Positions 1 through 9,101 of a stretch of DNA of 50,800 nucleotides are shown piece after piece; position 1 is the stretch's first letter; the number at the start of each line of letters is the position of its first letter. Both the position numbers and the translations under genes were made by a program. The notes beneath the pieces were generated by a model. It ran no database searches, was not told the origin of the DNA, and worked only from the letters and a program-made list of their open reading frames with translations. The stretch lies in the NCBI GenBank assembly GCA_964629735.1, contig CAZVQX010000004.1:1-50800 (forward strand). Reading direction: 5' to 3'. The DNA is from an uncultured Muribaculaceae bacterium (GTDB lineage Bacteria > Bacillota_I > Bacilli_A > RF39 > UBA660).

Positions 1-52
1 TAATTATTATTATTGCCAACAATTCAACTAGTGTAAAACCTTTTTTATTCAT
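1..52 (-). CDS. Type IV pilin-like protein, N-terminal fragment only (gene runs off the left edge)
   Basis: Reverse strand reads GGAGG(59-63)-6 nt-ATG(52..50), then MNKKG/FTLVELLAIIIII. This is the class III signal peptide: Gly-1, Phe+1, Glu+5 and a hydrophobic helix. Confidence 0.7.
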   Translation of the reverse strand, partial: MNKKGFTLVELLAIIII

Positions 53-90
53 AGCTTACCTCCAAGTTTATTACAAATAAATTATATCAC

Positions 91-119
91 AGTTCTACAT
101 ATTTTTCAAATAGTGGGAG
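91..119 (-). promoter_or_regulatory. Sigma-A type promoter for the left-edge pilin gene
   Basis: Reverse strand has TTGAAA (114..119), a 17-nt spacer, then TGaTATAAT (extended -10; TATAAT at 91..96). Confidence 0.5.
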
Positions 120-203
120 GTGCTATCTTTAAAAACAACTTGTTGTACTTTTATTTAAGTAGATAATTTGTCAAATCAAGTATAAAAAAAGAAGAAGAAT
201 CTT

Positions 204-1532
204 CTATATTTGTTTTAAATAATCAGTAACCTCTTCTAACCTCATTGCTCTTGAACCCTTTACTAATATGAGAGAATTAGATAAATCCATTCCTTTTAGA
301 TGACTAATTAGTGATTGATTATCGGAAAAATGTAGAAACTTTCTTTTAATGTTTTTCATTTCTGAACCAACTAATAATACTGTTTTATTATTTATATTAT
401 CTAAATACGAACCTATTTTTTTATGAATTTTCTTACTATATTTACCAAGTTCTAACACATCACCTAAAATAAAAACTTTATTAAGTGGTTTGTTTTTAAT
501 TAAATCAACAACTCCAACTAATGATTCATAACTTGAATTGTAGCAATCCTCAATTAAAACATTGTTTTTTCTTAGAACTTTAACATTCATTCTTTTATCC
601 CCAGTCTTATACATACCAACTGCTTTAATAATTAAATCAATTGGCACATTATATAATAACCCAACTTGGATAGCCATAATAACATTATTAATTAAATGTC
701 TTCCTGGAACATTAAATGTTATTTTATATTCTTTATCAAGTTTGATTTTAAAGGTCGTTTTTCTGAAAGTTGACTCAATATCATAAGCAACAAGCTGATT
801 CCCCTTTTTAGTCCCACAATTAATAATTGATACATTTTCACTTTTTATTGTCTTTAAATATTTGTTATCACCATTAATAATTAATTTACCATCACTCATT
901 CCGTCTAGTATTTCCTTTTTAGCCCGTAATATTTTTGTTTTGGAACCTAGATTTCCAATATGAGATGTCCCAATATTAGTAATAAGTGATACATTGGGTT
1001 GACAAACATTAGACAATGTACTTATCTCTCCAACATGATTCATTCCTATTTCTAAAACAGCCATATCATAATGATTATTAAGATTAAATAAGGTTTTAGG
1101 AACCCCTATGTGATTATTATCACTACCCTGACTCTTCAAAACCTTATATTTTTGACCAAGAATAAGAGCTATTAAATCTTTAGTAGTTGTTTTTCCAACA
1201 CTACCTGTAACTGCTATTAGAGGAATATTATATAGTTTTCGGTTGTATTTAGCGATATCATATAAACAATTATAAGTACTTTCTACTTTTATAATCGGTA
1301 TATCGGTTTTAATGTTTATATCCCTCTCAACAATAACTGCTTTCGCACCATTTTTAATTACATCTAAAACAAAGTCATGACCATCATATTTAATTCCTTT
1401 TAGAGCTATAAAAAGGTCCCCTTTTTTTACCTCCTGGCTACTTAATTTAATTTTTTTGATTCGTTGATCTCCTAACTCGTATTTGTTAATAATTTCCCCA
1501 TTACATATATTAACTAAATCGGCTATTTTCAA
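204..1532 (-). CDS. murF: UDP-N-acetylmuramoyl-tripeptide--D-alanyl-D-alanine ligase (canonical MurF)
   Basis: Mur ligase P-loop AVTGSVGKTTTKD. MurF-type C-terminal motifs DCYNSSYES and ILGDVLELG. TTG start 7 nt after GGAGAG. Confidence 0.9.
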   Translation of the reverse strand: MKIADLVNICNGEIINKYELGDQRIKKIKLSSQEVKKGDLFIALKGIKYDGHDFVLDVIKNGAKAVIVERDINIKTDIPIIKVESTYNCLYDIAKYNRKLYNIPLIAVTGSVGKTTTKDLIALILGQKYKVLKSQGSDNNHIGVPKTLFNLNNHYDMAVLEIGMNHVGEISTLSNVCQPNVSLITNIGTSHIGNLGSKTKILRAKKEILDGMSDGKLIINGDNKYLKTIKSENVSIINCGTKKGNQLVAYDIESTFRKTTFKIKLDKEYKITFNVPGRHLINNVIMAIQVGLLYNVPIDLIIKAVGMYKTGDKRMNVKVLRKNNVLIEDCYNSSYESLVGVVDLIKNKPLNKVFILGDVLELGKYSKKIHKKIGSYLDNINNKTVLLVGSEMKNIKRKFLHFSDNQSLISHLKGMDLSNSLILVKGSRAMRLEEVTDYLKQI

Positions 1533-1544
1533 GTAAACACTCTC

Positions 1545-2219
1545 CTATCTACATTTTTTTATGAAGTAAGCAAATAACCTATTCATTAATACATCATATT
1601 CAATCATTGACTCAGGGTGCCACTGTAAACCAATAAAAAATGTTTTATTTTTATCTTCGATTGCTTCGATTATATTGTCATCACTCATACCAACTATATC
1701 TAAATCAGTCTTAACAACTGTTGATTTATGACGACTATTCACAATAATTTGTTGTTCCTTTAATATTTCAAATAATTTCGAATTGGGATTTATATTTATT
1801 TTATGGACATAGTCAATACCTTTTTGTAAATGATCCAGGCCATTTATATTCTCCATTTCGCCATTAAAAGCTACTCCCATTGCTTGCATACCTAAACATA
1901 TTCCAAGTAGTGGTTTATCTATTTTATAAGAATATGTAATAGCTTTTAGATCATAATCATAATAATCATCGCCTCCTTGACATATTATTCCATCACAAAA
2001 ATCAATCATTCTTTGAAGCGTATCTACTTCTTCAGAAGTAAGTTTTTTAGTACTATTTATGTCATTACTGTAATAATTATCAATATTAGGTGGAGTTATT
2101 CCTAATGGTATTCCTCCATGTTTTATAATAGCATCACTGACTTGTTTATATATACAAAGAGTATCATTACCGTCTGTACTTTTTTCAGGTCTTAAAATAA
2201 TTCCAATAATCGGTTTCAT
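1545..2219 (-). CDS. Class I glutamine amidotransferase / peptidase C26 (gamma-glutamyl hydrolase-like)
   Basis: GICLGMQ nucleophile elbow and LQWHPE motif. Strong RBS AAGGAGGA. Confidence 0.8.
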   Translation of the reverse strand: MKPIIGIILRPEKSTDGNDTLCIYKQVSDAIIKHGGIPLGITPPNIDNYYSNDINSTKKLTSEEVDTLQRMIDFCDGIICQGGDDYYDYDLKAITYSYKIDKPLLGICLGMQAMGVAFNGEMENINGLDHLQKGIDYVHKININPNSKLFEILKEQQIIVNSRHKSTVVKTDLDIVGMSDDNIIEAIEDKNKTFFIGLQWHPESMIEYDVLMNRLFAYFIKKCR

Positions 2220-2242
2220 ATTTCCTCCTTATAAAAAAATGA

Positions 2243-2470
2243 CTAGTCCATATGCTTAGTCATTGTTTTCATCATTTGATTTATTTGTTTTTGGCTAGGT
2301 GTTCTCCCCATCTGCGACATCATCGCTTTTATCATTTGTTCATTTATTGGTGGATTTTTCTTCATATATTTTTTCATATAATTACGCGCCACAAAAAAGC
2401 CAATAAAAGCACCAGCAATTAATCCACCTAATACTTTTAATAAATCCATTAAAAAGGCTATCCAATTCAT
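2243..2470 (-). CDS. UPF0154 family small membrane protein (YneF-like)
   Basis: 75 aa with an N-terminal TM helix, then ARNYMKKYMKKNPPINEQMIKAMMSQMGRTPSQKQINQ, which is typical of YneF/UPF0154. It sits at the B. subtilis yneF-equivalent position. Confidence 0.8.
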   Translation of the reverse strand: MNWIAFLMDLLKVLGGLIAGAFIGFFVARNYMKKYMKKNPPINEQMIKAMMSQMGRTPSQKQINQMMKTMTKHMD

Positions 2471-2525
2471 TTTATCATTCCTCTCATTATAATTTTACTA
2501 AAAATTTTATAAATTATCAAGGTAA

Positions 2526-2948
2526 TTAATTATATTCAAATAAATTTTCTTTATTAAAAAGTTTGGATAACCAAAAATAATCATCATTTTGAAAATCGCA
2601 TACTAAAATATTTTTATTATAATAATAAAAAATTTTTAAAAAGTATGAAAAATTTAAATTAGTAATAATAACCGAGGTTGCATGATTAAGTTCTAGTAAG
2701 CTTATCTCTTTTTGAAATTTAAATAAATATTTATTTTTACTGTTTTTTAAATTTTTTAGTTTATTTAAATAACTACTAATTACATCTGTTTTAAATTCAT
2801 TGCATATTTGTTTATACAACGTTAATTTATAATTTAAATTAATGTCACTATTTTTAATTATTTTTAATTTTTGATATAAATCACCTGAATTATTTTCATA
2901 TGTTTTTTTAACGTTGTCTTTAATAATAAACAAATAATATGTTCTCAT
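2526..2948 (-). CDS. Hypothetical protein, possibly SirA-like (DUF2522)
   Basis: Occupies the sirA(yneE) slot between tkt and yneF. The N-terminal RTYYLFIIK and C-terminal CDFQNDDYFWL resemble my recollection of B. subtilis SirA (YYTYLIK ... DFNSKRYGWL). Start placed at ATG 2948, 6 nt after GGTGA. Confidence 0.45.
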   Translation of the reverse strand: MRTYYLFIIKDNVKKTYENNSGDLYQKLKIIKNSDINLNYKLTLYKQICNEFKTDVISSYLNKLKNLKNSKNKYLFKFQKEISLLELNHATSVIITNLNFSYFLKIFYYYNKNILVCDFQNDDYFWLSKLFNKENLFEYN

Positions 2949-3006
2949 CTTTATCACCATCAATATTATAACTATAACTTTATTAAAAAATTGTAGAATA
3001 AAAGAA

Positions 3007-5022
3007 TTATGATAATATTTTCATAATTCTTTCTTTGATTTGTTTATAAGTAAAATTAGAAAACTCTAATACTTCATCTTTTGTACCACTTATTCCAAAT
3101 TCATTAACTGTAATTAAACATTCCGGATTATCAACAAACTGATGCCAACCAAAAGACGATCCCGCTTCGATTACTATTTTTTTAACATCGTTTGGAAGTA
3201 ATTTTTCTTTATATTCTTTAGATTGTTCTAAAAACAGTTCCATAGATGGCATACTAACAACTCTACACTCGATGTTATGTTCTTTATATAAATCAAGCGC
3301 TATATAATAAGCTACTTGAAGCTCGCTACCTGTTGCTATAATAATTGCATCCATTTTACTTTCAACTTCTAAAACTGGATAAGCACCATATTTTACTTTA
3401 TTACTTTTAGTATCTTTTAATAATTCAACAGGATTTCTCGATAAAATTAAACAATTAGGTTTTTGATTGTTTAAAATTTCATTCCATGCCCCTACTAATT
3501 CATTACCATCCGCCGGCCTAAAGACCTGCATGTTGGGAATAGATCTTAACATTGCCAGTTGTTCAATAGGTTGATGAGTTGGTCCATCTGCCCCTATATT
3601 AATAGAATCATGAGAAAAAATATAAGTGACAGGTAAATTCATTAAAGCTGACATTCTAATAGCTGGTTTTACATAATCGGCAAAACTTAAAAAAGTTGAA
3701 CAAAAAGGACGAAAACCAGTTGCCGCTAGACCGTTACTTATAGCCCCCATAGCGTGTTCACGAACACCATACCAAATATTCTTACCGTTATAATTATCTT
3801 TCGTAATATCTGGAAATCCTGACAAATAAGTTTTAGTAGAACTTCCTAAATCCGCACTACCGCCTACTAAAGTTGGAATCATACTTGCTAATTTTTTCAT
3901 TATCTTCTGATTAGTATCCCTTGTCGCTTCGCGTTCATCTGAAAATTTCCACTCGTTTTTAGCTATATCAATATTAAAACGACTATTAACAATATTACCA
4001 AATAAATGATAGTTACCATTATGGTTTAAATCAACATATTTTTTATAATTATCATCCCAATTATAATAGTTTTGTTTAGTACGGGCTCCAATTGCTTGAC
4101 GAAAATTTTCAACAATATTTTTAGGAACCACGAATGGTGTTTCAGTAACATTTAAAATTCTTTTTAATCTGATTGTCTCTTCTTCACCTAATACTTTACC
4201 ATGAACTTGATTAGTACCAGCCATTGTTGTATCTTGACCAATTATTGTTTTTATTTCAATAATTGTCGGTTTTGTTGAATTTTTAGCTTTATTAATTGCT
4301 TTATCAATCAAGTTTATATTATTACCATCATTAACTAATTCTGTATTCCATCCCATCGCTTTAAAACGGGCCAAAACATTTTCATTAAAAGTAATAGATG
4401 TTGGGCCATCTAAACTAATATTATTAGAATCATATAAAACAATTAAATTATTTAATTCTAAACTTCCAGCTAACGAGGCGGCTTCATAACTAATTCCTTC
4501 CATTAAATCGCCATCACCACATAATACATAAACTTTATAATCAAAAATACTTTTATCAGTACTAAAAATTTTATTATCTTTAGGTAATATATATTTTTCT
4601 TTTTGAATTTTAGCACCAATTGCCATTCCAACAGCACTTGCAATACCTTGACCTAGTGGGCCCGTTGAAATATCAACGCCACTAGTAATACCTAATTCTG
4701 GATGCCCAGGTGTTGGGAAACCACGACGACGAAAGTTTTTTAAATCATCAATATTTATATTAAAACCCGCCATATATAAAGTGGCATATAACAAAGCTGA
4801 ACCATGCCCAGCTGATAAAACAAAACGGTCACGATTCATCCACGTCGGATCAGTTGTGCTAATATTTAAATGATTTTTATATAATGTATATATAATAGGT
4901 GCCGCTCCTAAAACAATACCAGGGTGGCCACTACCAGCTTGATTAATCATATCAATTCCTAATGCTTTAATGTAATTAATTGTTATTTGATCTAAATCTA
5001 TTTTCTCTTTTTTACCTTTCAT
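3007..5022 (-). CDS. tkt: Transketolase
   Basis: SGHPG, GDGDLMEG (TPP-binding motif) and full-length similarity. Start chosen at ATG 5022 after AGAGGTGA. Confidence 0.93.
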   Translation of the reverse strand: MKGKKEKIDLDQITINYIKALGIDMINQAGSGHPGIVLGAAPIIYTLYKNHLNISTTDPTWMNRDRFVLSAGHGSALLYATLYMAGFNINIDDLKNFRRRGFPTPGHPELGITSGVDISTGPLGQGIASAVGMAIGAKIQKEKYILPKDNKIFSTDKSIFDYKVYVLCGDGDLMEGISYEAASLAGSLELNNLIVLYDSNNISLDGPTSITFNENVLARFKAMGWNTELVNDGNNINLIDKAINKAKNSTKPTIIEIKTIIGQDTTMAGTNQVHGKVLGEEETIRLKRILNVTETPFVVPKNIVENFRQAIGARTKQNYYNWDDNYKKYVDLNHNGNYHLFGNIVNSRFNIDIAKNEWKFSDEREATRDTNQKIMKKLASMIPTLVGGSADLGSSTKTYLSGFPDITKDNYNGKNIWYGVREHAMGAISNGLAATGFRPFCSTFLSFADYVKPAIRMSALMNLPVTYIFSHDSINIGADGPTHQPIEQLAMLRSIPNMQVFRPADGNELVGAWNEILNNQKPNCLILSRNPVELLKDTKSNKVKYGAYPVLEVESKMDAIIIATGSELQVAYYIALDLYKEHNIECRVVSMPSMELFLEQSKEYKEKLLPNDVKKIVIEAGSSFGWHQFVDNPECLITVNEFGISGTKDEVLEFSNFTYKQIKERIMKILS

Positions 5023-5076
5023 TATTTCACCTCTTATTATAACCATTATAACAAAAAAGGAAACAATAATAAAGAA

Positions 5077-5226
5077 TTAGTTATTTACAATTATCAATTG
5101 TTGTTCTTCCATTTTAGCTAAAGCTTGGTCTTGTTTTTTAGTATTAACCGCATCAATATAAATAACCGATAAAAAGAAAATCATAAATAAAATCATCACC
5201 TTACTTTTTAGTATTTCAAACATCAT
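5077..5226 (-). CDS. Small single-pass membrane peptide (49 aa), candidate SOS-induced division inhibitor
   Basis: Not in the ORF track because it is below the size cutoff. GGAGG(5231-5235)-4 nt-ATGATG, translating to MMFEILKSKVMILFMIFFLSVIYIDAVNTKKQDQALAKMEEQQLIIVNN*. It lies downstream of a LexA-box promoter and divergent from lexA. Confidence 0.6.
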   Translation of the reverse strand: MMFEILKSKVMILFMIFFLSVIYIDAVNTKKQDQALAKMEEQQLIIVNN

Positions 5227-5247
5227 ATTACCTCCTTTGTTAAATTA

Positions 5248-5276
5248 ATTCTAACACGAACAAATGTTCATGTCAA
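5248..5276 (-). promoter_or_regulatory. Near-consensus sigma-A promoter whose spacer contains a LexA box
   Basis: Reverse strand reads TTGACA (5271..5276), a 17-nt spacer tgaacatttgttcgtgt, then TAGAAT (5248..5253). Confidence 0.65.
5257..5270. promoter_or_regulatory. LexA operator (Cheo box) 1
   Basis: CGAACAAATGTTCA against the Gram-positive consensus CGAAC-N4-GTTCG (one mismatch). Confidence 0.75.
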
Positions 5277-5284
5277 GGCTAATG

Positions 5285-5298
5285 CAAACATTTGTTTG
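5285..5298. promoter_or_regulatory. LexA operator-like palindrome 2 (degenerate)
   Basis: CAAACATTTGTTTG is a perfect palindrome with CAAAC in place of CGAAC. It overlaps the lexA -35 element. Confidence 0.5.
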
Positions 5299-5324
5299 AC
5301 TTATGTGTAAAGTTGTGTTAATAT
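5296..5324 (+). promoter_or_regulatory. lexA promoter
   Basis: TTGACT (5296..5301), a 17-nt spacer, then TAATAT (5319..5324), 22 nt upstream of the lexA ATG. Confidence 0.55.
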
Positions 5325-5345
5325 ATTACTAATTAGGAGGATGTT

Positions 5346-5963
5346 ATGAAAAAACTTACTAATAGACAAAAAGAAATATTACAATTTATTAAACTATATA
5401 TTGTTGCTAACGGATACCCACCAACAGTTAGAGAGATTGCTAAGGCGGTTGGTGTTTCTTCACCTGCTACTATACATGCCCACTTAACTAACCTAGAAAA
5501 TAAAGGTGTTATAAAAAAAGAAACCACTCGTAATAGAGCAATTGAATTGTTAGTTGAAAACGAATATCTACCGCAAGAAGAAAACGTTATTAAAGTTCCA
5601 CTACTTGGGAAGATTACCGCTGGTTCGCCAATCGAAGCAATTGAAAATCCAGATGAATTTTTTTCGCTACCAGTTAATTTAGTCCCTAACAATAAAGAAG
5701 TCTTTACATTATTAGTTGAGGGTGAGAGCATGATTAATGTTGGTATATATGACGGTGACGTTATTATTGTAGAAAAAACAAATATAGCTAGAAATAGAGA
5801 TATTATTGTTGCCATGACTGAAGATAATGAAGTAACACTTAAAACTTTTTATAAAGAAAAAGATCATATTAGACTACAACCAGAAAACGATTATATGGAA
5901 CCATTAATTTATAAAAATATTACCATACTAGGAAAAGCAATTGGTTTATATCGTAAATTATAA
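5346..5963 (+). CDS. lexA: LexA repressor
   Basis: N-terminal winged HTH (LTNRQKEILQFI...GYPPTVREIA). AG cleavage site (KITAGSP). S24 peptidase Ser (GESM) and Lys (TLK). Confidence 0.93.
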   Translation: MKKLTNRQKEILQFIKLYIVANGYPPTVREIAKAVGVSSPATIHAHLTNLENKGVIKKETTRNRAIELLVENEYLPQEENVIKVPLLGKITAGSPIEAIENPDEFFSLPVNLVPNNKEVFTLLVEGESMINVGIYDGDVIIVEKTNIARNRDIIVAMTEDNEVTLKTFYKEKDHIRLQPENDYMEPLIYKNITILGKAIGLYRKL

Positions 5964-5996
5964 AAAAAGCACTTGATAATTTATCAAGTGCTTTTT
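5964..5996. terminator. Bidirectional intrinsic terminator between lexA and the rhomboid gene
   Basis: aaaaagcacttgata / tatcaagtgcttttt forms a perfect 15-bp stem flanked by A and T runs. Confidence 0.7.
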
Positions 5997-7143
5997 AAAT
6001 ACCTATGAAAGACATATATATTAAAAATGTTGTAAATATTATTGTCATTATCCAACCATTTATTTTTTCACCTTTGGTTGACTTATACTTAACCCCTAAT
6101 GCTACTGAAATTAATATGCCACCAATTAAGCCGCCAATATGAGCCGCATTATTAATACCTGTTAATGTAAAACCTAATAATAAATTAAACAAGATTAATG
6201 GAATTATTTGTGATTTTATAACAGTTCCTAAATAAATTCGATAATGATAACCAAAATACAATAAAGCACCTAAAAGTCCAAAGATAGCACCAGAAGCGCC
6301 AGCACTTATAGCATTAACAAACATTAGCGACAATAACCCCGATGTAATGGCACTAAATAGATATATAATAATATATTTTGTTTTGCCATAAAAAGATTCT
6401 AATTGGGCCCCTATCACATATAAAGCATAATTGTTAAATAGAAAATGAACTACCCCAATATGGATAAAACTACTAGCTATTAAACGCCAATACTCACCAG
6501 CTTTGATTAATGATGGAACACTAGCACCAAATTTAATTAATGTATATTTATCATTACTCCCATTACCAAGTAAATACATTGCTATAAAAACTGCTAAATT
6601 AATAAACATTATAATATAAGTTACAATTGGTATTTTAGGTTTAAATATTTCTTCTGCTTTTTTAGCATCTATTTCATTTTTTTTACTAATTTCAGAAGTT
6701 AATTTATATAATAAATCAACTCCCTTTTCTTTAAAATTCATTTTATCTACAATATTAGGAAATGTCTCATTTATAACCTCATATTTACTTAAATCTTTTA
6801 TATCTTTTATTTCAATACAAGTTATATTATTAGTACTATCTAAATTAACATTATCACCCAAATTAAGAAATATATTTAATGAATTTATATTATGGACAAA
6901 AGTTTTTTTGCTTATATCATCCATAATTCTAGAGGTTTTAAACATATCATAATTTAATTGTTCATTATTATGAATATAATTTGAAGCAATTCTAATTATT
7001 TTATAATCACCATCAAGTTTTTCTAACCATATTTCATCTTGAGCACCATGTAAAACTACTGGATTGTAATTATGTTCTGTTATAAAATAATGTAATAATT
7101 TAATAATTAATTCATCTTTTTGATCTTTTATTAATTCATTCAT
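5995..7143 (-). CDS. Rhomboid family intramembrane serine protease with an N-terminal cytoplasmic domain
   Basis: GASGAIFGLLGA (catalytic Ser) and AHIGGLIGG (catalytic His), with several TM helices in the C-terminal half. Confidence 0.88.
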   Translation of the reverse strand: MNELIKDQKDELIIKLLHYFITEHNYNPVVLHGAQDEIWLEKLDGDYKIIRIASNYIHNNEQLNYDMFKTSRIMDDISKKTFVHNINSLNIFLNLGDNVNLDSTNNITCIEIKDIKDLSKYEVINETFPNIVDKMNFKEKGVDLLYKLTSEISKKNEIDAKKAEEIFKPKIPIVTYIIMFINLAVFIAMYLLGNGSNDKYTLIKFGASVPSLIKAGEYWRLIASSFIHIGVVHFLFNNYALYVIGAQLESFYGKTKYIIIYLFSAITSGLLSLMFVNAISAGASGAIFGLLGALLYFGYHYRIYLGTVIKSQIIPLILFNLLLGFTLTGINNAAHIGGLIGGILISVALGVKYKSTKGEKINGWIMTIIFTTFLIYMSFIGI

Positions 7144-7194
7144 GCAATCACTCCTTCATTGTATTGTACTCATTTTTATTTTTTTGTAAAGTAT

Positions 7195-8097
7195 TTATTT
7201 CTCAAAATTGTCGATCATTTTAATAAAGTAATTAGGTAATTCACTATCAAATATTACTTGTTGCTTAGTTTTCGGATGAATAAAACCTATTGTTTTAGCA
7301 TGAAGATATTGTCCACTATTATCAAATGTTTTTTTATTGCTATAAACCGGATCATTTATTATAGGGTGTCCAATATATTGCATATGGACTCTTATTTGAT
7401 GAGTTCTACCTGTATCTAATTCAACTTCTAATAAAGTAGCTTCTTTAAATCGTTTTATTACTCTAAAATGGGTTATCGCTTCTTTACTATTTGATGAAGT
7501 TACAGTATATTTTTGGCGATTTTTCAAATCACGGCCTATTGGGGCATCGATTGTACCAGTATCATTATAAATAACACCCCATACTAAAGCATAATATTTT
7601 CGAATAACCGAACGATTTGCAAATTGTAAACTTAAATGATTATGGGCTTCATTATTTTTTGCAATAACTAACAATCCTGTTGTGTCAGCATCCAAACGAT
7701 GAACTATTCCAGGACGATCTTCATATAGATTACTAAGTTGATTAGTATGAAATAAAAGACCATGAACTAAGGTCTTGGCATTATTACCAGCACCTGGATG
7801 GACAACAATTCCATTATCTTTATTAATGATAATTATATCATCATCCTCATACATAATATTTAAATCCATCTCTACAGGAATTAATCCCTTTTCTTCTTCT
7901 ATTTCTTCAACAGTAACAACATCTTCAGCTTTTAAAAGATAACTACTCTTTACACATTTATTGTTAACTTTAATCAAGTTCTCTTTAATTTGTCTCTGGG
8001 CTTGACTACGACTAAGATTTAATGTATCACTTAGAAAAACATCTAAGCGAGTTAATTCTAAATCATTATTAATTACAAACTTTTTCATTTTTATCAC
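7195..8097 (-). CDS. rluD: RluA/RluD family 23S rRNA pseudouridine synthase
   Basis: S4 domain at the N-terminus, HRLDADTTGLL catalytic motif and RTHQIRVH. The start is ambiguous: GTG at 8097 or ATG at 8088. Confidence 0.88.
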   Translation of the reverse strand: MIKMKKFVINNDLELTRLDVFLSDTLNLSRSQAQRQIKENLIKVNNKCVKSSYLLKAEDVVTVEEIEEEKGLIPVEMDLNIMYEDDDIIIINKDNGIVVHPGAGNNAKTLVHGLLFHTNQLSNLYEDRPGIVHRLDADTTGLLVIAKNNEAHNHLSLQFANRSVIRKYYALVWGVIYNDTGTIDAPIGRDLKNRQKYTVTSSNSKEAITHFRVIKRFKEATLLEVELDTGRTHQIRVHMQYIGHPIINDPVYSNKKTFDNSGQYLHAKTIGFIHPKTKQQVIFDSELPNYFIKMIDNFEK

Positions 8098-8542
8098 TTT
8101 CTCTTATTATCATTAAAATCATTAAACTAGTTGAAACAACAATTAATATATCAGCTATATTAAAAACCGGGAATTTATAACCCAAAATATTAAAATCTAA
8201 AAAATCAATAACATAATTATATATTAAACGATCAACTAAATTACCTAATATTCCACCAATTAACATCCCATAAATAATAATTTCTAGAATACTAAGATGT
8301 TTATTTTTAATAAAATATATATATATAAAAGCAATTGCTATAATTGCAATTAATATCAAAAAAAAGGTATTTCCTTCTAAAATGCTCCAAGCAGCACCAT
8401 AATTACGAACATAGGTAATTGAAAAAAATGATTTAATAATACTAATGCTATCATTTAAATTCATTTTTGTTATTATTAACAATTTAGTTATTTGATCTAA
8501 TAATAAACATCCAAAACTAATTAAAGATATTTTTTTAACCAT
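8069..8542 (-). CDS. lspA: Lipoprotein signal peptidase II
   Basis: 157 aa with four TM helices. Motifs NYGAAWS and FNIADI. Confidence 0.9.
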   Translation of the reverse strand: MVKKISLISFGCLLLDQITKLLIITKMNLNDSISIIKSFFSITYVRNYGAAWSILEGNTFFLILIAIIAIAFIYIYFIKNKHLSILEIIIYGMLIGGILGNLVDRLIYNYVIDFLDFNILGYKFPVFNIADILIVVSTSLMILMIIRESDKNEKVCN

Positions 8543-8592
8543 ACAAATTCACCAATATAATTATATCATGAATTTTATTTTAAATAAAGAAA

Positions 8593-8610
8593 AGACAGAT
8601 TTTTCTGTCT
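8593..8610 (-). terminator. Intrinsic terminator after the FMN-binding lipoprotein gene
   Basis: agacag-attttt-ctgtct hairpin followed on the reverse strand by a U-rich tract. Confidence 0.5.
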
Positions 8611-9068
8611 TACTTTGCTTGCTCTAAAGCATTATTAACAGCTTTATATAAAGCATCAATTTTCATTGTTACGCCACTTACTGAATCAGTTGTTGTTTGT
8701 TCTTCGTCACTCCATTTTAACCAAGATAAACCTTGTTCATCAACAATTTTCTTTTCAAAAGCTTCTACTTGCTCAAACCATTCTTTTTTTATTGGTGAAG
8801 CAACAATCATATTATATTTTTCACCTAAAGTCTTTTTAGTTGTTAATACATCATCTTTACTATAAGTTGCATCCATAAAGACTGATTTAATAAATCCATC
8901 CTTATCTACATAAACAACTGCTGTTGACACACTTTTTGAGCCACCATAATTATCTTCAACACTTCCAAAATAAACCCCTTCTTTGTATTCGCCTTTTTCA
9001 GTAACTGGTGTACATCCTGTTACAACAAACAAAAAAACCAATAAACTTAATAATACTTTCTTCTTCAT
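8610..9068 (-). CDS. FMN-binding domain lipoprotein (predicted ApbE substrate)
   Basis: Lipobox VVTGC. C-terminal DSVSGVTMK resembles the [S/T]GA[S/T] flavinylation motif; the Thr codon is at 8667..8669. Confidence 0.75.
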   Translation of the reverse strand: MKKKVLLSLLVFLFVVTGCTPVTEKGEYKEGVYFGSVEDNYGGSKSVSTAVVYVDKDGFIKSVFMDATYSKDDVLTTKKTLGEKYNMIVASPIKKEWFEQVEAFEKKIVDEQGLSWLKWSDEEQTTTDSVSGVTMKIDALYKAVNNALEQAK

Positions 9069-9101
9069 GATTTCCCTCCTATATTACGTATAAATTATAC
9101 A

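Noticed and set aside
204-2219. The idea that the amidotransferase next to murF forms a MurT/GatD-like lipid II amidation pair.
   Set aside because: The amidotransferase has peptidase C26 (PuuD-like) motifs, not the CobQ-type GatD family. The ligase is a canonical MurF rather than MurT. Adjacency alone is not enough.
5333-5815. A 160-aa ORF antisense to lexA.
   Set aside because: It lies wholly inside lexA, which has clear motifs. It has no RBS, and its hydrophobic low-complexity composition is typical of shadow ORFs in AT-rich DNA.
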